DNA of 64,000 nucleotides, taken from Chthonomonadales bacterium (lineage in GTDB: Bacteria > Armatimonadota > Chthonomonadetes > Chthonomonadales > CAJBBX01). This document shows positions 1 through 11,402 of this stretch, in pieces (position 1 is the stretch's first letter; each line of letters begins with the position of its first letter). The position numbers were made by a program, and so were the translations under genes. The stretch covers positions 1 to 64,000 of the forward strand of contig JBBIPC010000017.1 in NCBI GenBank assembly GCA_037443035.1. The letters run 5' to 3'. The notes under the pieces are model-generated. The model was not told the DNA's origin and searched no databases. It saw nothing but the letters and a program-made list of their open reading frames with translations.

Positions 1-4
1 GGGA

Positions 5-132
5 CGTATCGAAACCACCGCCGCTGCGTCCAGGCTTCTCTTCTCTTGCCGGTCGTTTCGATACGCCCCGACGCGTTGCGCCGGAGCACTCAACGACCGG
101 CATAGCTACCTACGAGTCCACGCAACGACCGG
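5..132. repeat. Cluster of interleaved short inverted repeats (REP-like), probably continuing left of the window
   Basis: TGCCGGTCGTT (47-57) pairs with AACGACCGGCA (92-102). CGTATCGAAAC (5-15) pairs with GTTTCGATACG (55-65). CAACGACCGG recurs at 91-100 and 123-132. Confidence 0.55.
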
Positions 133-206
133 CTGCGTGACCAGGTGCGCTCGACAGACGAGTAACGGCTGGTGGTCTCGGCAGGGAGACGGGCTGGACG
201 CACGGG

Positions 207-680
207 CTAGGGGATCTGGCGCCGGAGGATGGTTCCAGGATGGCCCACAGCCTGCAGAATGAGGCGATAGATAAGGCGGTTCGGTACATACCTCACGAAG
301 AAGTCCTCATCGTGACCATTCAGCCAGCGGGACAGGGCGGCAGCGATGCCCGCAGAGCGAGAGATACCTGCCTCGCACTGGCAGATGATCAGGTCGGCCA
401 TCGTCCGCTTCTCGGCCACGAATCGGACGATCTGCTCGGCATCGTCCTCCGCAGGAGCACGAAAGCCTGCGTAGCTGGTATCCACGTCATCGAATGCCAG
501 GCGCAGGACTCCCATGCGCAGGGGGTTCTCGGCGATCATGGCCTCAGGGCGGAGCGGATCGGTAACCGAGATGACCAAGTACGGCACGTTGGGCTTGACC
601 CTTGCGACACGCATGCGGCTGAGGACGAGCAGCCACATGTTCGGTCCGCCGAGGACATCCGGTTCCAGTGGAGCAGACAC
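207..680 (-). CDS. Predicted protein-tyrosine/dual-specificity phosphatase family protein
   Basis: CX5R P-loop motif CEAGISRS; alternative ATG start at 638. Confidence 0.75.
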   Translation of the reverse strand: MSAPLEPDVLGGPNMWLLVLSRMRVARVKPNVPYLVISVTDPLRPEAMIAENPLRMGVLRLAFDDVDTSYAGFRAPAEDDAEQIVRFVAEKRTMADLIICQCEAGISRSAGIAAALSRWLNGHDEDFFVRYVPNRLIYRLILQAVGHPGTILRRQIP

Positions 681-720
681 CGCGGCTACTTACCCCCTAG
701 TGCTCGCGAATCAGCAGAAT

Positions 721-2962
<2,242 letters not shown>

Positions 2963-3066
2963 GGGTGTTGGCGACCGTTCACTCGGAGAGCGTGAGACTG
3001 CGCGTGCGGGAACCATCCAGGTCTTTGGTGAATGATTAGGACTACATCCCGTCGAAGGAGCAGGCC

Positions 3067-4017
3067 ATGAAAGAAGTTGCGATCGAGTTCACGGAGCGAG
3101 GAAGGGCAGATCTCGTGGCGCTGGGGCCTCCGCCTGAACCGACGGCAAGCCAAGTGTTGATAGAGACGCTCTTCACCGGTGTGACGAACGGCACGGAGCG
3201 TCACGCGCTGTTGGTCGAACATGGCTACGGCGGTGGCGCTTTTCCGAGTCGTCACGGGTATCAGCATGTGGGGCGTGTGGTGAAGGTGGGCCCGGAGGTG
3301 CGGTCTCTGCGCGTCGGGGATGTGATCTTCTGCGGGGACTACGTGGGACACCGGGGATGGCACATCACCGACGAGAACGGGCTCGTCATGGTATTGCCCT
3401 ATAGCGTGGACTCTGCGCTCTGGGCGCTTTCTGGCGTCGCGGCGGTTGCGCTGCGGGCCGTGCGGCGCATGCGCGTGGGCGTCGGCGACAGAGTGTGGGT
3501 CGCCGGCCAGGGGCCGATAGGCCATTTCCTGGGGCAGTGTGCTCGCGCCGTCGGTGCTCACGTCACGGTAACGGACGTGGTGGAACGACGGCTCGAGGCC
3601 GCGCGCGAAGGAGGAGCTCACGTGGTTCTCCATGCGGCGGCCAGCGATGCATGGAGCGTACTGGAGCGTGGCGGGCCCTACGACTTCATCTTCGATGCAT
3701 GCAGCGCTCCGCGTCTGCTGTTCGACGTATTCGACAGGAAGCTCTTGGCCTACGGGGGGTGTGTTGGCATGATGGCGGTGCGCGGTGAGACAGCCTATCC
3801 GTGGTCCCTGCTGCATGGGACGGAGGCGCGCATAGAGACATCCTGTCACTTCAGTCGTGATGATCTGCGTGTACTGCGCTTTCTTGTGCAAGAGGGGCTC
3901 GTCAGATTGGAGCCTGTGCTGTCCGACCTGACCCCCATCGAGAACGCACCGCAACTCTACAACCGGCTCGCCGAAGGCGATCCCTCGTTGCTCGGCGTTG
4001 TCTTCGAGTGGTGCTAG
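3067..4017 (+). CDS. Zn-binding/MDR-family alcohol dehydrogenase
   Basis: GroES-like N-terminus (HGYQHVGRV), Rossmann motif GQGPIG. Confidence 0.85.
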   Translation: MKEVAIEFTERGRADLVALGPPPEPTASQVLIETLFTGVTNGTERHALLVEHGYGGGAFPSRHGYQHVGRVVKVGPEVRSLRVGDVIFCGDYVGHRGWHITDENGLVMVLPYSVDSALWALSGVAAVALRAVRRMRVGVGDRVWVAGQGPIGHFLGQCARAVGAHVTVTDVVERRLEAAREGGAHVVLHAAASDAWSVLERGGPYDFIFDACSAPRLLFDVFDRKLLAYGGCVGMMAVRGETAYPWSLLHGTEARIETSCHFSRDDLRVLRFLVQEGLVRLEPVLSDLTPIENAPQLYNRLAEGDPSLLGVVFEWC

Positions 4018-4077
4018 GCAGAACGGTAGGCTGGAGAAGCAGGACGAGGTACGAAGTAGCAGAGCGCTCCACATCAG

Positions 4078-6084
4078 CTACCGCGGAGCCGGCTGCTTAG
4101 GCCACGCGCTCTTCAACGTGCGTGCTGTCATCGCCTCGAGACGGGCACCGTCTCCTTCGGCGAAAGCGCTAACACCGCGCTCCTTTTGATGGAACAGCAC
4201 GCAGGAGGTCATGGAAATCTCCCCTCCGTTGGCAAAGACCTCCAGCGACGTTCTGTCGGCGAGCACGCGGAGTCCGAGACGGCCGTTGCGGAGACTGACC
4301 GGTGCTGACCGTCCTGCGCAGGTGAGGGTCTGCGACTCGCGGTCCCAGACGATGACCTCGCCACGCACGATGAGACCTATGCGCCGAGCTGCTCCAGGCC
4401 GGAAGGTGACAGTTACGTCCCACAGCTCGTCTTCGAGACCGGGTGTCACTGGGACTCCAGATGCCAGAGCACGATTGCGTATGACTGCAGTCCTATCGTA
4501 GAGACGCGAGATCTCCTGGCACGGCCATCGGTGGAGTCGAAAGCCACCGGGCGTCTCATGGAGTGTAAGGACACATGGAAAGCTCATCTGCTGGTTGAAC
4601 GGCATCTTGGGATAGGACCCACCTGCCATCCACGCGATCTGGATGCGGCGACCGTCTCGCGGAGGGATGTCGCTGTAGGTCTGTACCGCGTAGAAGTTAG
4701 CTCCGTAATCCACCTGTTTCGGGACTCCGTCCGCCACGAAGCGGGTGCCGTCGAAGTCGCCGACGAGGTACTTGCCGTTGGCCGCCGTGAAAATCCATTT
4801 CCTCACGTCGGGCTTGCCATCTACGGCGATCTCGAAGAAGTCCGGACATTCTCCGCAGTCCGGCATTGTCAGGGAGTGGAGCTTCTGCCAGGTCTTCAGA
4901 TCGCGCGAACGAAAGAGGGCATACTCGTTGCCGTCCAGAAAGAGGGCCATGATCCATTGGCGGGTGTCACGATGCCACACGACCTTTGGATCGCGATTCT
5001 GGGCGGCAATATGCCCCAGAACCGGGTTGCCTTCGAATTTGGTCCACGACCGGCCGCGATCCACGCTGTAGGCGATGCACTGAGTGAACGGTTCACCCTG
5101 GGACTCCGGGGACGTACCCCCCGCTGCCGTGTAGATCGCGATGATGGCTTTCTCTCGACCGGATCCGAAGCCCGTCGTGTTGTCGTGGTCTACGACGGCC
5201 GAGCCGCTGAAGATCGTACCCAGCCTGTCTGGTTCAATGGCATTGGGCAGATGCTGCCAATGGACTAGGTCGCGGCTCACGGCATGCCCCCACGTCATGT
5301 TGCCCCACTCGGTTCCGAATGGATTGTGCTGGTAGAAGAGATGGTATTCCCCCTTGTAATAGACCAGTCCGTTGGGATCGTTCGTCCAGCCTCTCAATGG
5401 TGTGAAGTGGAACTGGGGCCTGTACGTCTCGTCGAGCAGCACGTCCGTCCGTACCTCTTCGGCCATCTTCTCATCGCTCATCGTGATGTGATCCACGTTG
5501 ATGTGTCCCCAGCCTCCTGTCTCTGCGTCCACGATCTCGATCCGTGCGGTCTGGCCCTCCAAATCCGCTACGTCCCAGCTCGCCCACTCCAGGCGTTCTG
5601 TGCCACCGGGACGGTCGTTGGGTCCAGTTGCACTACGTGCCACTCTATCGCCAACAACGAGATTGACGCAAGTTCTTCCAGGGTGCATGCCGCCCCCGAT
5701 GAGGAAGTTGATCCATTTCCGCTGGATGCTGAACTCCGGAGAAACGAGTCTGCCGACGCTGCCGTCTCCTCCGTAGTAGGTGTTCACGAGACCCCTACCC
5801 AGGAATCCCGTGACAGGCATCTGGTTGGGCAGGGTGCCGCGTGCTGGACCTGGACCGAACGCAGTACCGCTTGCATGCCACTCCCCATACGTCTCGCCCT
5901 CGAAGTCCGCAATGAGGATGTCGGCGCGAGGACGTCCTGTGCTCTGTCGGTGTAACACGCCAGATGCCATGGTGGCCATCAGAATCGTGGACATGATCAC
6001 AACGAAGCCATGGCAGCGGATGGCCGTCCGCGCGGCAGAATCGCAACGACAGGACGTCTCGCCTACGCTCGGTCGCTGCCACAT
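4078..6084 (-). CDS. Glycoside hydrolase family 32 (levanase/beta-fructosidase-like) with extra N-terminal domain
   Basis: WTNDPNG, FSGSAV, RDPKV and ECPD catalytic motifs; start codon uncertain. Confidence 0.92.
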   Translation of the reverse strand: MWQRPSVGETSCRCDSAARTAIRCHGFVVIMSTILMATMASGVLHRQSTGRPRADILIADFEGETYGEWHASGTAFGPGPARGTLPNQMPVTGFLGRGLVNTYYGGDGSVGRLVSPEFSIQRKWINFLIGGGMHPGRTCVNLVVGDRVARSATGPNDRPGGTERLEWASWDVADLEGQTARIEIVDAETGGWGHINVDHITMSDEKMAEEVRTDVLLDETYRPQFHFTPLRGWTNDPNGLVYYKGEYHLFYQHNPFGTEWGNMTWGHAVSRDLVHWQHLPNAIEPDRLGTIFSGSAVVDHDNTTGFGSGREKAIIAIYTAAGGTSPESQGEPFTQCIAYSVDRGRSWTKFEGNPVLGHIAAQNRDPKVVWHRDTRQWIMALFLDGNEYALFRSRDLKTWQKLHSLTMPDCGECPDFFEIAVDGKPDVRKWIFTAANGKYLVGDFDGTRFVADGVPKQVDYGANFYAVQTYSDIPPRDGRRIQIAWMAGGSYPKMPFNQQMSFPCVLTLHETPGGFRLHRWPCQEISRLYDRTAVIRNRALASGVPVTPGLEDELWDVTVTFRPGAARRIGLIVRGEVIVWDRESQTLTCAGRSAPVSLRNGRLGLRVLADRTSLEVFANGGEISMTSCVLFHQKERGVSAFAEGDGARLEAMTARTLKSAWPKQPAPR

Positions 6085-6087
6085 ACG

Positions 6088-7101
6088 TCAGGGCACCAGC
6101 ACGATCTTGAGGGTGCGTCCTGGTCCGTATCGTAGCTTCTCGAAGGCATCCTGACCACGCTCCAGGGGCATGACACGGACATGGTTGGCGATATCCAACG
6201 CACCCATGGATAGCAGCTCCAGGGACGCGGCGAAGTCCTGGCGCGTGTAGGCGAAGCTCCCTGCCAGGGTGATCTCGTTCCGAACCACAGAAGCGTAGTC
6301 CGTCTCGGTCGTCTGGTCATGCAGCCCCAGAAGTATCACCTTTCCGCCTTTACGCACTGCACGTATGGCTTCCTCCCGTGTTGCCGATGATCCCACCGCT
6401 TCGAGGACGAGATCCACCCCGCCATCGCTCCACTGACGAACCGCTGGCGCCACATCGGTGACGTTCGGATCCACGCACAGGTCGGCCCCCAGTTGTGCGG
6501 CGAGTGCAAGACGTTCGGCGTTGGTCTCTGCTACGGCAAGACGCTCGACGCCTGCACGACGGGCAAGCGTGACTGCAAGCGTGCCCTGAGTGCCGGCTCC
6601 GATGATGAGCATAGACTTTGGAGCACAGGCACGGACCATGCCCATGACGTGCACAGTGTTGGCGAGAGGTTCCACCATGACTGCGAGCTCCAGCGGCATG
6701 CTGCGAGCGATGGGGAAAACATTGGATGCTGTCACGACGACGCGTTCGGCGAAGCCGCCTTGTTCGCGGTCCATTCCTAGCAGCTTCCAGTCAGCGCACC
6801 GGTTGGTGTGCCCCGAGCTGCAGGCTGCGCATTGACCGCAAGACTGCAGCGGATTGACGACCACGCGATCGCCCGGCTTCACCGTTGCGCCAGGAGGCGC
6901 CGCCTTCACGAAACCAACGACTTCGTGTCCGAGAATGAGAGGAGGTACCCGGCGACTACTCCGGCCTAGGTAGCCTGCCATATCGGATCCGCAGATACCG
7001 GTTCCTTCGATCTCCAGGAGGACCTGGTCTTCGCGTGGCTCTGGCTCCTGCCAGTCCATGAGCTGTAGACGGCAAGGCTGGGTGTAGACAAGGGCTTTCA
7101 A
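6088..7101 (-). CDS. Zn-dependent sugar/polyol dehydrogenase
   Basis: GICGSD, GHE, CGQCAAC-x7-C and GAGTQG; TTG start about 10 nt after AAGGAGG. Confidence 0.9.
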   Translation of the reverse strand: MKALVYTQPCRLQLMDWQEPEPREDQVLLEIEGTGICGSDMAGYLGRSSRRVPPLILGHEVVGFVKAAPPGATVKPGDRVVVNPLQSCGQCAACSSGHTNRCADWKLLGMDREQGGFAERVVVTASNVFPIARSMPLELAVMVEPLANTVHVMGMVRACAPKSMLIIGAGTQGTLAVTLARRAGVERLAVAETNAERLALAAQLGADLCVDPNVTDVAPAVRQWSDGGVDLVLEAVGSSATREEAIRAVRKGGKVILLGLHDQTTETDYASVVRNEITLAGSFAYTRQDFAASLELLSMGALDIANHVRVMPLERGQDAFEKLRYGPGRTLKIVLVP

Positions 7102-7199
7102 GCCAGGCACCCCTCCTTCGTACGGTGCGGGTGATTCCGTAGGATGATGTGGCCGCCGGCGACAAGGATGAACATGCGTTTGCAGCATACTACTATAGC

Positions 7200-8438
7200 A
7201 TGGCCGAGGACTCCCACTCGCAGGAGAAGGTGCTGTCGCACGGAAGGACGGACAGGGCGGTCTTGCGTCGCCCATACGTTCTTCTGAGCGTGGCGGTCAG
7301 CCTTGACGGCTATCTCGATGCTGCCGGACGCACGCGGCTCCATCTCTCCTCCGATGAGGATCTCGACGAAGTGGATGCGCTGCGTGCAGCCTCGGACGCT
7401 ATACTCATCGGGGCAGGGACGGCACGACGGGATGACCCGCGTTTGCTTGTCCGACGAGCGGCACGGCGGCGCGCGCGGGAGATCTCTGGGTGGCCGCCCA
7501 GTCCCCTGCGAGTAGTTGTGACCAAGACGGGAGATCTGGCGCCTCATCTGCAACTCATGGACACGACTGCGGCCGCGACGCGTGTCTACTGTCCTGAGCC
7601 GTGCAGAGCAGGACTAAGGGAGCACCTGCCAGATGGCGTGGACGTCGTCGGTCTGGAGGCATGTTCCATGGCGGCTGTTCTGGAACACCTAGCGGCGGAC
7701 GGCGTGGGGCGGCTGCTCGTTGAGGGCGGTGAGGTGCTCAGCACGACAACGCTCCACGAGGACCTTGCCGACGAACTACGCGTTGCATATGCCCCTGTCG
7801 TAGTGGGGGATCCTAGAGCACCGCGGTTCCTGGGCCGTTTCGCTCTCGAGCAGCCGGAGGTCCTTCCGCTCCTGCCGTGGAGAAACGCCACGCTCGGAAA
7901 CATTGCAGCGATTCACTATACACGTCCCGCGGAGAACGGCGCAAGACCCAGTGCGTTCCTCCCAAGATCGGACGCGCAGTGGCTGGCAGAAGCCATCGAA
8001 CTCTCGCGACGTTGTCCCCCGAGCACGAGAGCGTACTCGGTCGGGGCCATTCTGGTCGGGCAGGATGGGCAAGTGCTCAGCACGGGCTATAGCCGCGAAC
8101 TGGATGCGCACGTTCACGCCGAGGAGGCGGCTATTCGTAAGGCGCAGGCTGCCGGTCTCATCCATAGCGGAGCATGCCTCTACAGCTCGATGGAGCCCTG
8201 CAGCGTTCGTCTCTCGGGCCGCGAGCCGTGCACATCGCGAGTCCTTGCGGCGGGAATCAGGCGCGTTGTCTATGCCTTGCGCGAGCCAGATTGTTTCGTG
8301 CAGTGCGAGGGGCACGCCACACTCGAGCGCCACGGAATCAAGGTCGTCCAGATCCCGGAACTCAGCGAATACGCACAGGCGATCGCCATGGGAGCTTTCC
8401 GCAACACTGGAGACGCTGCGAGTGCGGAAACGGCTTGA
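7200..8438 (+). CDS. RibD-like fusion: N-terminal pyrimidine reductase (RibD_C) + C-terminal Zn deaminase
   Basis: N-terminal SLDGY...DAILIGAGT...DDPRL...VEGG; C-terminal HAEE...SMEPC-x9-C. Confidence 0.85.
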   Translation: MAEDSHSQEKVLSHGRTDRAVLRRPYVLLSVAVSLDGYLDAAGRTRLHLSSDEDLDEVDALRAASDAILIGAGTARRDDPRLLVRRAARRRAREISGWPPSPLRVVVTKTGDLAPHLQLMDTTAAATRVYCPEPCRAGLREHLPDGVDVVGLEACSMAAVLEHLAADGVGRLLVEGGEVLSTTTLHEDLADELRVAYAPVVVGDPRAPRFLGRFALEQPEVLPLLPWRNATLGNIAAIHYTRPAENGARPSAFLPRSDAQWLAEAIELSRRCPPSTRAYSVGAILVGQDGQVLSTGYSRELDAHVHAEEAAIRKAQAAGLIHSGACLYSSMEPCSVRLSGREPCTSRVLAAGIRRVVYALREPDCFVQCEGHATLERHGIKVVQIPELSEYAQAIAMGAFRNTGDAASAETA

Positions 8439-8463
8439 CGCCCTCGGAAAGTGCCTGTATAAT
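8435..8463 (+). promoter_or_regulatory. sigma70-type promoter for the small TM protein + prepilin gene pair
   Basis: TTGACG-N17-TATAAT. Confidence 0.8.
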
Positions 8464-8512
8464 GTAAGAGACCAGTGTATCTGGTGACTCCCGTCTTGAG
8501 GAGTACACAACC

Positions 8513-8851
8513 GTGCCTGTAGTGATGCGCAAGTCCGGGCAACAGGACCGGCCCAGTCCTGAAGGTGCCAGCGACGCAACTCCGGCTATCACACGCGCTG
8601 CAATTCCGACCCCGGTGTTCGTCGCAGTGATTCTCCTGGTAGTGCTCGTCGTGGCGATCCTCGCTTACCGCTCATTTGGTCCCCCGCCCAAGTGGGACAA
8701 TGCCCGTGAGGGCCAGCCGGTGGATCGTTCCGTCCTGTCCGCACCACCTCCGGTGGCACATCATGAGGGAACCCCAGGGAAGCCTGGGGCCGGCGACCAG
8801 GGAACGCCACAGACGCCAGCGGGCACGGAGCTACCGCCCGACGTTCGCTAA
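8513..8851 (+). CDS. Small single-TM, Pro-rich hypothetical protein
   Basis: GAGGAG RBS before GTG; hydrophobic helix IPTPVFVAVILLVVLVVAILAYR followed by a Pro/Gly-rich tail. Confidence 0.7.
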   Translation: MPVVMRKSGQQDRPSPEGASDATPAITRAAIPTPVFVAVILLVVLVVAILAYRSFGPPPKWDNAREGQPVDRSVLSAPPPVAHHEGTPGKPGAGDQGTPQTPAGTELPPDVR

Positions 8852-8909
8852 CCGAACCGCACCCCAACTCAACCTTGCAACGTGACTGGATGCCACGAGA
8901 GGAGGAACG

Positions 8910-9725
8910 ATGGTAACGAGAAAAGGATTCACTCTCATCGAGCTGCTGGTGGTCATCGCCATCATCGCGATCCTGGCGGCCATTCTCTTCCCGGTCTTCG
9001 CCCAAGCGAGGGAGAAGGCACGGCAGACCGCCTGCAGCTCCAATCTCAAGCAGATAGCCACCGGCATGCTGATGTATGCCCAGGACTACGACGAGACGAT
9101 GGTCGTATGGACCGGTGGCTACAGCTGGAACACGTGGGGCACGATGTACCCGCGGCTCGTAGACCCGTACATAAAGAGCGGCATCAAGTACAACGCCTCG
9201 GACAACAGCACGGAAATCAAGGACGTATGGGCGTGTCCCACGGCCAAGAGCCAGTTGTCCATCCTGAGCAACACCTACGCCTACAACTACTGGACACTCG
9301 GTGGCATCAACCTGAGTGCCAACCCAGCCGCTCGCAGCAGCGCCTACGGGCCCTGGCAGGATCCTACTTACAACCGGCCCGCGCCGCTGGCGACTCTCCA
9401 AAAGCCGGCCGAGACCATTATGATCGTCGAAGGAGCTCAGCTCTGCCGCCCGCCGCAGGCGAAGATCGGCAACATCGCGCCGGATCCTTACTATGTTGCC
9501 GTCTGGGGACCGCACCAGATGGGCTCCACCAACGTGCCTACGACGGTGACGTCGAACCCTGCCATCAAGAAGTTCATGTCAGGCCGGCAGACGGTCTGCT
9601 CCTACACAGACGGCCACGTGAAGACCTCTGCCACCCAGAGCTTCTACCATGTCAGTTACGTGTTCGAAGGTGGTGCATGGGTGGGCGCAGCGACAGACAA
9701 TCGCGGTTGGCCACGGGACTGGTAG
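8910..9725 (+). CDS. Prepilin-type N-terminal cleavage/methylation + DUF1559-type protein
   Basis: [44 protein letters not shown]-terminal DGHVK; GAGGAGG RBS. Confidence 0.93.
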   Translation: MVTRKGFTLIELLVVIAIIAILAAILFPVFAQAREKARQTACSSNLKQIATGMLMYAQDYDETMVVWTGGYSWNTWGTMYPRLVDPYIKSGIKYNASDNSTEIKDVWACPTAKSQLSILSNTYAYNYWTLGGINLSANPAARSSAYGPWQDPTYNRPAPLATLQKPAETIMIVEGAQLCRPPQAKIGNIAPDPYYVAVWGPHQMGSTNVPTTVTSNPAIKKFMSGRQTVCSYTDGHVKTSATQSFYHVSYVFEGGAWVGAATDNRGWPRDW

Positions 9726-9762
9726 GACACGGCACAGCATCGCGCAAGCGGCGCGCCGTCGG

Positions 9763-9792
9763 TTGACAGCCTTCGGCGCGCTTTGCTATAGT
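9763..9792 (+). promoter_or_regulatory. sigma70-type promoter of tRNA-Ser
   Basis: TTGACA-N18-TATAGT with TGn extended -10, 14 nt before the tRNA. Confidence 0.7.
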
Positions 9793-9805
9793 AGCGCGGA
9801 AATGC

Positions 9806-9898
9806 GGAGCGATGTCCGAGCTGGTCTAAGGAGCACGACTGGAAATCGTGTAACGGGGTAATACCCGTTCGTGGGTTCGAATCCCACTCGCTCCGCCA
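9806..9898 (+). tRNA. tRNA-Ser(GGA)
   Basis: Acceptor stem GGAGCGA/TCGCTCC; anticodon arm CACGA-CTGGAAA-TCGTG; long variable arm; GGTTCGAATCC T-loop; encoded CCA end. Confidence 0.97.
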
Positions 9899-9951
9899 GG
9901 TATCGGCCGCTTCATGTCCATGCATGAGGGCACCTCCGCTGTCCTTGAGGA

Positions 9952-11400
9952 GTGAAGAACACCTTGACTCAAAGGCTCTTGGGCCGAATCTTGGCTGGTG
10001 GTCTCTTCCTGTACTTCCTTTGGCTGACGGTTGCTGGGGCTGCCTACTGGTGGCATGGCCGCGAGGCGGAGAGAGGTACCGTAAGCCGTTTCCGGCCGGC
10101 ATCGGCCCATCTGACTTCGTCTCAACGCATCCTCATTTTCACACCGCATCCGGATGATGAGACGCTGGGCTGCGGCGGCCTCATCCAGCAAGCTGTGAAC
10201 GCAGGGGCAGCGGTTCGCGTCGTGTTTCTCACGAATGGTGACGCGTTTCCCCACGCCGTGGAGCGGGAGTACAGGACTCTACGGCCGAACCCAAGCGACT
10301 TCATCAGGTTCGGCGAAACGCGCATGCAGGAGGCCAGGACGGCTTGCCGGTTCCTCGGGCTTGCCGACTCTTCTATAGTGTTCCTGGGCTTTCCAGACGG
10401 CGGCCTTTCGGTGCTTTGGCGCGACCGCTGGACGCCCGATGCGGCGCTGACTGCGAAGTTCACGAAAGTCAATCATGTTCCGTATGCTCGAACGCCTGAT
10501 CCACGGACACCATACTGTGGTAGTGCGCTTCTGGCAGCCGTCGAACGGGAGATAAGCGCGTTCAGACCTACGGACGTCTTCACACCACATCCTGCCGATG
10601 ACCATTGGGACCACGCCGCCGCATCGGCCTTCGTCACGGCTGCCTTGGGGAAGTTGCGCGACGCCGAGGCGCTGCCAGCAGGAGGTTGCAGACTGCATTA
10701 CTACCTTATCCATCGTGGCAACTGGCCGCAGCCCCAGGGTCTGCATCCGAAAACCCGCTTGGCCCCGCCGTCGGAGATGTTCGGGCTGGACACGCACTGG
10801 AGTGGAACCGCGTTGACACGGGGCCAGGTGCTCAGGAAGAAGCGAGCCATCGAGTGTTACCGAAGCCAGATGAACATCATGGCACGCTTCATGTACTCGT
10901 TCGTGCGCACAAGCGAGTTCTTCGGCACCATCCATCCTGCTTCGATAGAGTCACCCGCCCACGATGCCCTGACAGCAGGAGTCGCTCCAACCATCGCGCT
11001 GATCCCGGATGCGGTGGCGGACAACTTGGTGAGAAGCTGGCGGCCCGAGGGGGACATCGCAGCTCTGAGGATCACTGAGCGAGACGGTAACCTCGATCTC
11101 CGAGTGTTGACCTCGAAAGGTCCGGACAGAAGTGCCACTGGACGCGTCTATGTACGGTGGTTCGCCAGAGGTGCCGGGAGCATGACAGGAGCGCTGACAG
11201 TCCAGCAGACACGATCGGGTGAGAATGCCAGCTCTCGGTGCACGCTCAAGAGGGAAGCGGACGGGTTTGCGGCGGTCCTGCCTGCCTCCGAAGTGCGCCA
11301 TGCGGACGCAGTATTCGTGGATGCCGAGGTGCGCGCCTCCGGCGTCATGACCGATCGCCTTGGTCCTCACCAGGTGCTCATCAAAGGCAGACCGCGCTGA
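9952..11400 (+). CDS. PIG-L/LmbE family deacetylase with N-terminal membrane anchor
   Basis: PHPDDETLG, FLGFPDG and HWDH motifs; YRSQ. Confidence 0.88.
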   Translation: MKNTLTQRLLGRILAGGLFLYFLWLTVAGAAYWWHGREAERGTVSRFRPASAHLTSSQRILIFTPHPDDETLGCGGLIQQAVNAGAAVRVVFLTNGDAFPHAVEREYRTLRPNPSDFIRFGETRMQEARTACRFLGLADSSIVFLGFPDGGLSVLWRDRWTPDAALTAKFTKVNHVPYARTPDPRTPYCGSALLAAVEREISAFRPTDVFTPHPADDHWDHAAASAFVTAALGKLRDAEALPAGGCRLHYYLIHRGNWPQPQGLHPKTRLAPPSEMFGLDTHWSGTALTRGQVLRKKRAIECYRSQMNIMARFMYSFVRTSEFFGTIHPASIESPAHDALTAGVAPTIALIPDAVADNLVRSWRPEGDIAALRITERDGNLDLRVLTSKGPDRSATGRVYVRWFARGAGSMTGALTVQQTRSGENASSRCTLKREADGFAAVLPASEVRHADAVFVDAEVRASGVMTDRLGPHQVLIKGRPR

Positions 11401-11402
11401 AC

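Noticed and set aside
9806..9950. tRNA-Ser as an integration site
   Set aside because: No integrase and no duplicated tRNA 3' end seen in the window.
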